Positions 60,781 through 64,000 of a DNA stretch of 64,000 nucleotides are shown here, in pieces. A program made the position numbers and the translations under genes. The first letter of the stretch is position 1. Every line of letters starts with the position of its first letter. Origin of the DNA: a virus; the IMG/VR virus record IMGVR_UViG_3300046535_000406, positions 1 to 64,000 of that record. The stretch is one strand, 5' to 3'. Under the pieces are notes generated by a model that was given only the letters and a program-made list of their open reading frames with translations, did not search any database and was not told where the DNA came from.

Positions 60781-62839
60781 ACGTCGCCTCGGCAGCATCT
60801 GCGGCCTGCCGTGCAATCTCTACCAGACGGTGGACGCGGACCCGCTCGTCCGGCGGAGCCCACGACTCCTGAATGGGAGGCGCGGTGTCCTGCTTGACTC
60901 CGGCCTTCTGTGCCGCCGTCGGCATCATGCCCGGCACCGGCGAGAGCTTCGTCGGGAAGCCGCCCTGAGCCGCCAGTGGCGTCAACAGCGACTGCGGGTC
61001 GATCGGCTGTGGGCCGGTGGCGCCCTTCATCATGCCCTCGGGCAGCGGCGGGAACAGGCGGTCCATCAGCTGGTCCACGTCCTCGATTTCGAGCGCGACC
61101 ATGGCGATGGACAGGACCCACTTGCCAGCCTCGGGGTTCTGAAGCGGCAGCATGTCGTAGAGCGCCTTCAGGGCCGTGAAGTAGGCCGCAAGGTCCTTCT
61201 TGATGATCGGCGGGAAGACGACGCTCACGTACCAGTCGATCGGCTTGCTCGGCCCCGGGTCTTGGTCCGACAGGGCCGTGAAGACCATCGGCTGGACGGC
61301 AGGCGGCGGCGGCGGCACGAACGGCTGGGGCGGGCCACCCGGCGCGGCGGGGTCGGCAGGCTTGGACGGATCGGCAGTCGCCTTGGCAGGGTCGGCGCCG
61401 TTCACCTTGGCGCTGTCGCCCTTCACGTGAATGTTGATGTCGCCCTCGTGCAGTTGCACCGGCGAGCCTGCGCGACCGGCAGGCGGTCCACCTGCGCCGA
61501 CGGGTGCCGTGGTCGGACCCGGGTTCAGCTGAGGCGGTCCAGCTGGCTGTGCGGACGAGGTGTCAAGCACCTGCTGCGCCGTCATCGACCGCTCGCTGTA
61601 TTTCGTGGAGTCGTCGCGTGGGCCGAGCTTGCCAGCGTCGTGAGCCGTCTCCAACGCGAAGGTGACGATGTCCGACATGATGTCGCCCAGCCACTTCTGC
61701 CACGACTCGTACATCTTCAGGAGCGGAAGCTCCATGGCGGTCGCGGTCGCGAGGTTGGCGTTGGCCTCGTCGCCGAAGTAGTGGTTCGGGATGCCGCCCA
61801 TGCCCGAGCCGCCCATCATGCGGAGGATGCGCTCGTCGGCCAGCGCGTTCGTGCCGCCGGTGTCGTTCTTCATCCATTCGAGGGACGAGTAGTCGTTCTC
61901 CACGATGGTCGAGCCCGGCGCCGGAGCAGGGTTGGTGTCGTAGCCGGTGGCGCTCACCTGCATTGACGACTGAAGCCGGGCGACCTCGGCGGCCACATCC
62001 TGAGCCGTGCTGTTCTTGCGCTTCTTCTTCCACGCGAACGTGGCAGCTGCGTCAGTGATCGTGGAGCGGTTCTCCATGAACCGCTTGTGCGCGTTGACCC
62101 AGTCGAGCGCGGCCTCTATCTCGGACTCGCCCATCTTCGACTTGCCACGGCGGCAGAGCATGACCAGCCCGTCCTCGACCGCCTTGGGCGCGGTCTGGCC
62201 CTTGGGGTCCAGAGGAGCGTCGTTGCGCCACTCGCGATACCAGATGAAGTCGTCTGCCGTGGTGGCGGAGTAGGAGCCAACGTTGAAGTCGTAGCTGCCG
62301 CCCAGCTTGCGCACCTTCACCCAGAGCGGGATGCGCCAGTTCTCGGGATCGGTGACCACGTCCTCGATCAGCAGCGAGTCGATCGAGCCAAGCTCGACCT
62401 TGCCTTCATCGGTGTCGGGGAACATGACCAGCACTTGCAGGCCGTCGGTGAAGGCACCCTTCAGGAAGTCGGACTGGGCCATGTAGCCGAAGAACGTCTG
62501 CTGGTTCACCGGGTTCTGGACAAGCTCGTCAACGATCTTCGCGACACGGGTCTTGTTGGCGGCGGAGAGAGTCACGCCGCGCCCGATGGTGTAGTTCACG
62601 AGCAGGTTGGACGCCTGCTTCACGAGCGGGCTGCGCCGGGCTGCGCGTCGCGCACGGCGGATCGTCGTGATCCGCTCGTCTCGGGTCAGGTACGTCTCGT
62701 CGCCGGAACGGTCGTACGAGAGGTTCGTCCAGTTGGCGTCTTCGAGAGCGCGCTCGACCGTCAACAGGGCTTCGCGAATGCTGACCGGCTTGGGTCCAGC
62801 GAAGGCGGGAGCGCCGTTCGGCTGCACGGTGAGTCCCAT
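60764..62839 (-). CDS. portal protein
   Basis: RSPLVKQASNLLVNYTIGRGV, GESEI..A..W, GIPNHYFGD...NLATA..ME motifs; first head gene; ATG 62839 preferred. Confidence 0.88.
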   Translation of the reverse strand: MGLTVQPNGAPAFAGPKPVSIREALLTVERALEDANWTNLSYDRSGDETYLTRDERITTIRRARRAARRSPLVKQASNLLVNYTIGRGVTLSAANKTRVAKIVDELVQNPVNQQTFFGYMAQSDFLKGAFTDGLQVLVMFPDTDEGKVELGSIDSLLIEDVVTDPENWRIPLWVKVRKLGGSYDFNVGSYSATTADDFIWYREWRNDAPLDPKGQTAPKAVEDGLVMLCRRGKSKMGESEIEAALDWVNAHKRFMENRSTITDAAATFAWKKKRKNSTAQDVAAEVARLQSSMQVSATGYDTNPAPAPGSTIVENDYSSLEWMKNDTGGTNALADERILRMMGGSGMGGIPNHYFGDEANANLATATAMELPLLKMYESWQKWLGDIMSDIVTFALETAHDAGKLGPRDDSTKYSERSMTAQQVLDTSSAQPAGPPQLNPGPTTAPVGAGGPPAGRAGSPVQLHEGDINIHVKGDSAKVNGADPAKATADPSKPADPAAPGGPPQPFVPPPPPAVQPMVFTALSDQDPGPSKPIDWYVSVVFPPIIKKDLAAYFTALKALYDMLPLQNPEAGKWVLSIAMVALEIEDVDQLMDRLFPPLPEGMMKGATGPQPIDPQSLLTPLAAQGGFPTKLSPVPGMMPTAAQKAGVKQDTAPPIQESWAPPDERVRVHRLVEIARQAADAAEATYGRGD

Positions 62840-62982
62840 CACCAGCACCTGAAGTGCGCCCCATCCTGAACGTCGAAGCTCGGCACGCCCGGATGGGGCA
62901 GAACGCCGCTCCTCAAGAACCGGGGTTGCCGGTCGCGGGGAAAGCCTATCACGGGCGTCCAGACTGCTGGTACTGTGCGCGC

Positions 62983-63210
62983 ATGACCCGCCCCCATCCA
63001 CGCCAAGCGGACGCGCTTGCGCTCGCCTCGGGCATCGCCATCGTCTCCGTGGCCCTCATTGCCGTCGCAGACATCGTCGCCCACGGATCACTCGAACCGG
63101 CGGTGATGACGCTCGTGGCCTCCACGATCGCGCCTCTGACGCCCGCCCTGATCATCCGCTACGGGATCAACCCGAACCGTAGCGGGCACGAGCAGAGCCC
63201 GCCCCAGTGA
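62983..63210 (+). CDS. small 2-TM membrane protein (75 aa)
   Basis: Hydrophobic; GTGA-coupled to the next gene; TGGTACTGT ends 6 nt upstream of the ATG. Confidence 0.55.
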   Translation: MTRPHPRQADALALASGIAIVSVALIAVADIVAHGSLEPAVMTLVASTIAPLTPALIIRYGINPNRSGHEQSPPQ

Positions 63211-63524
63211 ACATTCCCGACTGGCTCGCGTGGGTCCTGCTGGCGATCCCCGTATTCACGTCGGTCGTGTTCGTGCGCATGGCGTGGCGAGCAGGGAAGG
63301 ACATGCTCGGGCTGAAGGCGACGACGCTGCCGCTGGTGGAGGCGCGGCTGGTGGTCGGCTGCGGGTTGGCCCTGATCAGCCTCGGTAACGTCCAGACCGG
63401 GATCGGCTACATCGCCCAGATCGGGAGTGCGACGGACATCAACATCGCCGTCGGCGCCATCGTGGTCCGGGGAGCCCTCCTGCCGGTCGCGCTGTACGTC
63501 CTGCTGCGGTATCGGGGCGGCTGA
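63207..63524 (+). CDS. 3-TM membrane protein (105 aa)
   Basis: Three hydrophobic segments; GC-rich third codon positions on the plus strand. Confidence 0.65.
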   Translation: MNIPDWLAWVLLAIPVFTSVVFVRMAWRAGKDMLGLKATTLPLVEARLVVGCGLALISLGNVQTGIGYIAQIGSATDINIAVGAIVVRGALLPVALYVLLRYRGG

Positions 63525-63768
63525 GGAAGTTAGCACCCGGGGGTTGCTACCGGAGTCCCAGAGCGGCGTTCTGATCGCTCGCCCCAGACCTTCCTGCCGG
63601 TCAGAGCTTCCCTATCACCTCAGTTGCGGCTACCGCAGAGACAGTTGGCGTCCAGCACGCTCGGGCCACATGCAACCCGGGCTGCGCCCTCCCGTGAGAC
63701 GGCGCGAAGCTGACGCCCGTCGTCATTAGCGCCGGGCTCCGCCAGTGTACCGCAGGGAGTCAATAGGT

Positions 63769-64000
63769 CTAGTGGAAGCGTCCCGTGGAGCGGTGGCTCC
63801 CAAAGCGCCTCATGCGGGCTCCCGGCGCTCCCGTTGGCGGCGGGATGCCAACGGAGACGGCTGGCGTACCCGGGCGAGCGTGCGCCACGACCGGGTCCGG
63901 GTGGAGCCCGTAGGCCCAGTTGATGGTCGGAGCCTTGGCAAGCGCGGCCACTGCGGTCGGCGTGAGGGTGACGTTGTTGTAGCCGAGCAGGACCGTGGCC
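63769..64000 (-). CDS. 3' end of a hypothetical protein (partial)
   Basis: Frame open from the window edge to TAG at 63769. Confidence 0.45.
   Translation of the reverse strand, partial: ATVLLGYNNVTLTPTAVAALAKAPTINWAYGLHPDPVVAHARPGTPAVSVGIPPPTGAPGARMRRFGSHRSTGRFH

Noticed and set aside
3231-61966. Many long plus-strand ORFs (e.g. 53785-56172, 50230-52284, 41710-43701, 33862-35670)
   Set aside because: Antisense shadows of high-GC minus-strand genes; no motifs or RBS, and they fully overlap well-supported genes.
63590-63625. SRP-RNA-like or tRNA gene in the right-end intergenic region
   Set aside because: Only a short CAGGAAG resemblance; no SRP helix context or cloverleaf found.

Overview
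High-GC tailed-phage (siphovirus-like) or prophage virion module, almost entirely on the minus strand. Read right to left: portal; a ~6,700-aa MuF-type polyvalent protein; small accessory ORFs; T4-gp21-like prohead protease/scaffold; two capsid decoration proteins; Mu gpT-like major capsid protein; neck genes; tail tube; frameshifted tail chaperones; tape measure; tail tip with a GH26 glycosidase and a C39-like peptidase; a 1,910-aa fibre; lysis genes; then small genes under sigma70-like promoters. No terminase, integrase, tRNA or CRISPR array was recognised. The main signal is an apparent capsid-cargo system. A ~24-aa tag, approximately E-(A/S/-)-GGxDDHFYGAWxGGxASxGGHP, occurs 8 times in 6 genes: once in the prohead protease and seven times in five genes among the neck genes. 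Each tag precedes a different domain, including three ADP-ribosyltransferases (ART), a HExxH metallopeptidase and a possible SAM-lyase-like domain. Each tag follows a putative Glu-specific maturation site that also occurs in the capsid, portal and scaffold. The giant MuF protein carries the same enzyme classes in fused form (2 HExxH peptidases, 2 kinases, 2 ART-like, Nudix) plus about 40 SH3/KOW-like barrels. All family calls come from motif reading by eye; no database search was run.
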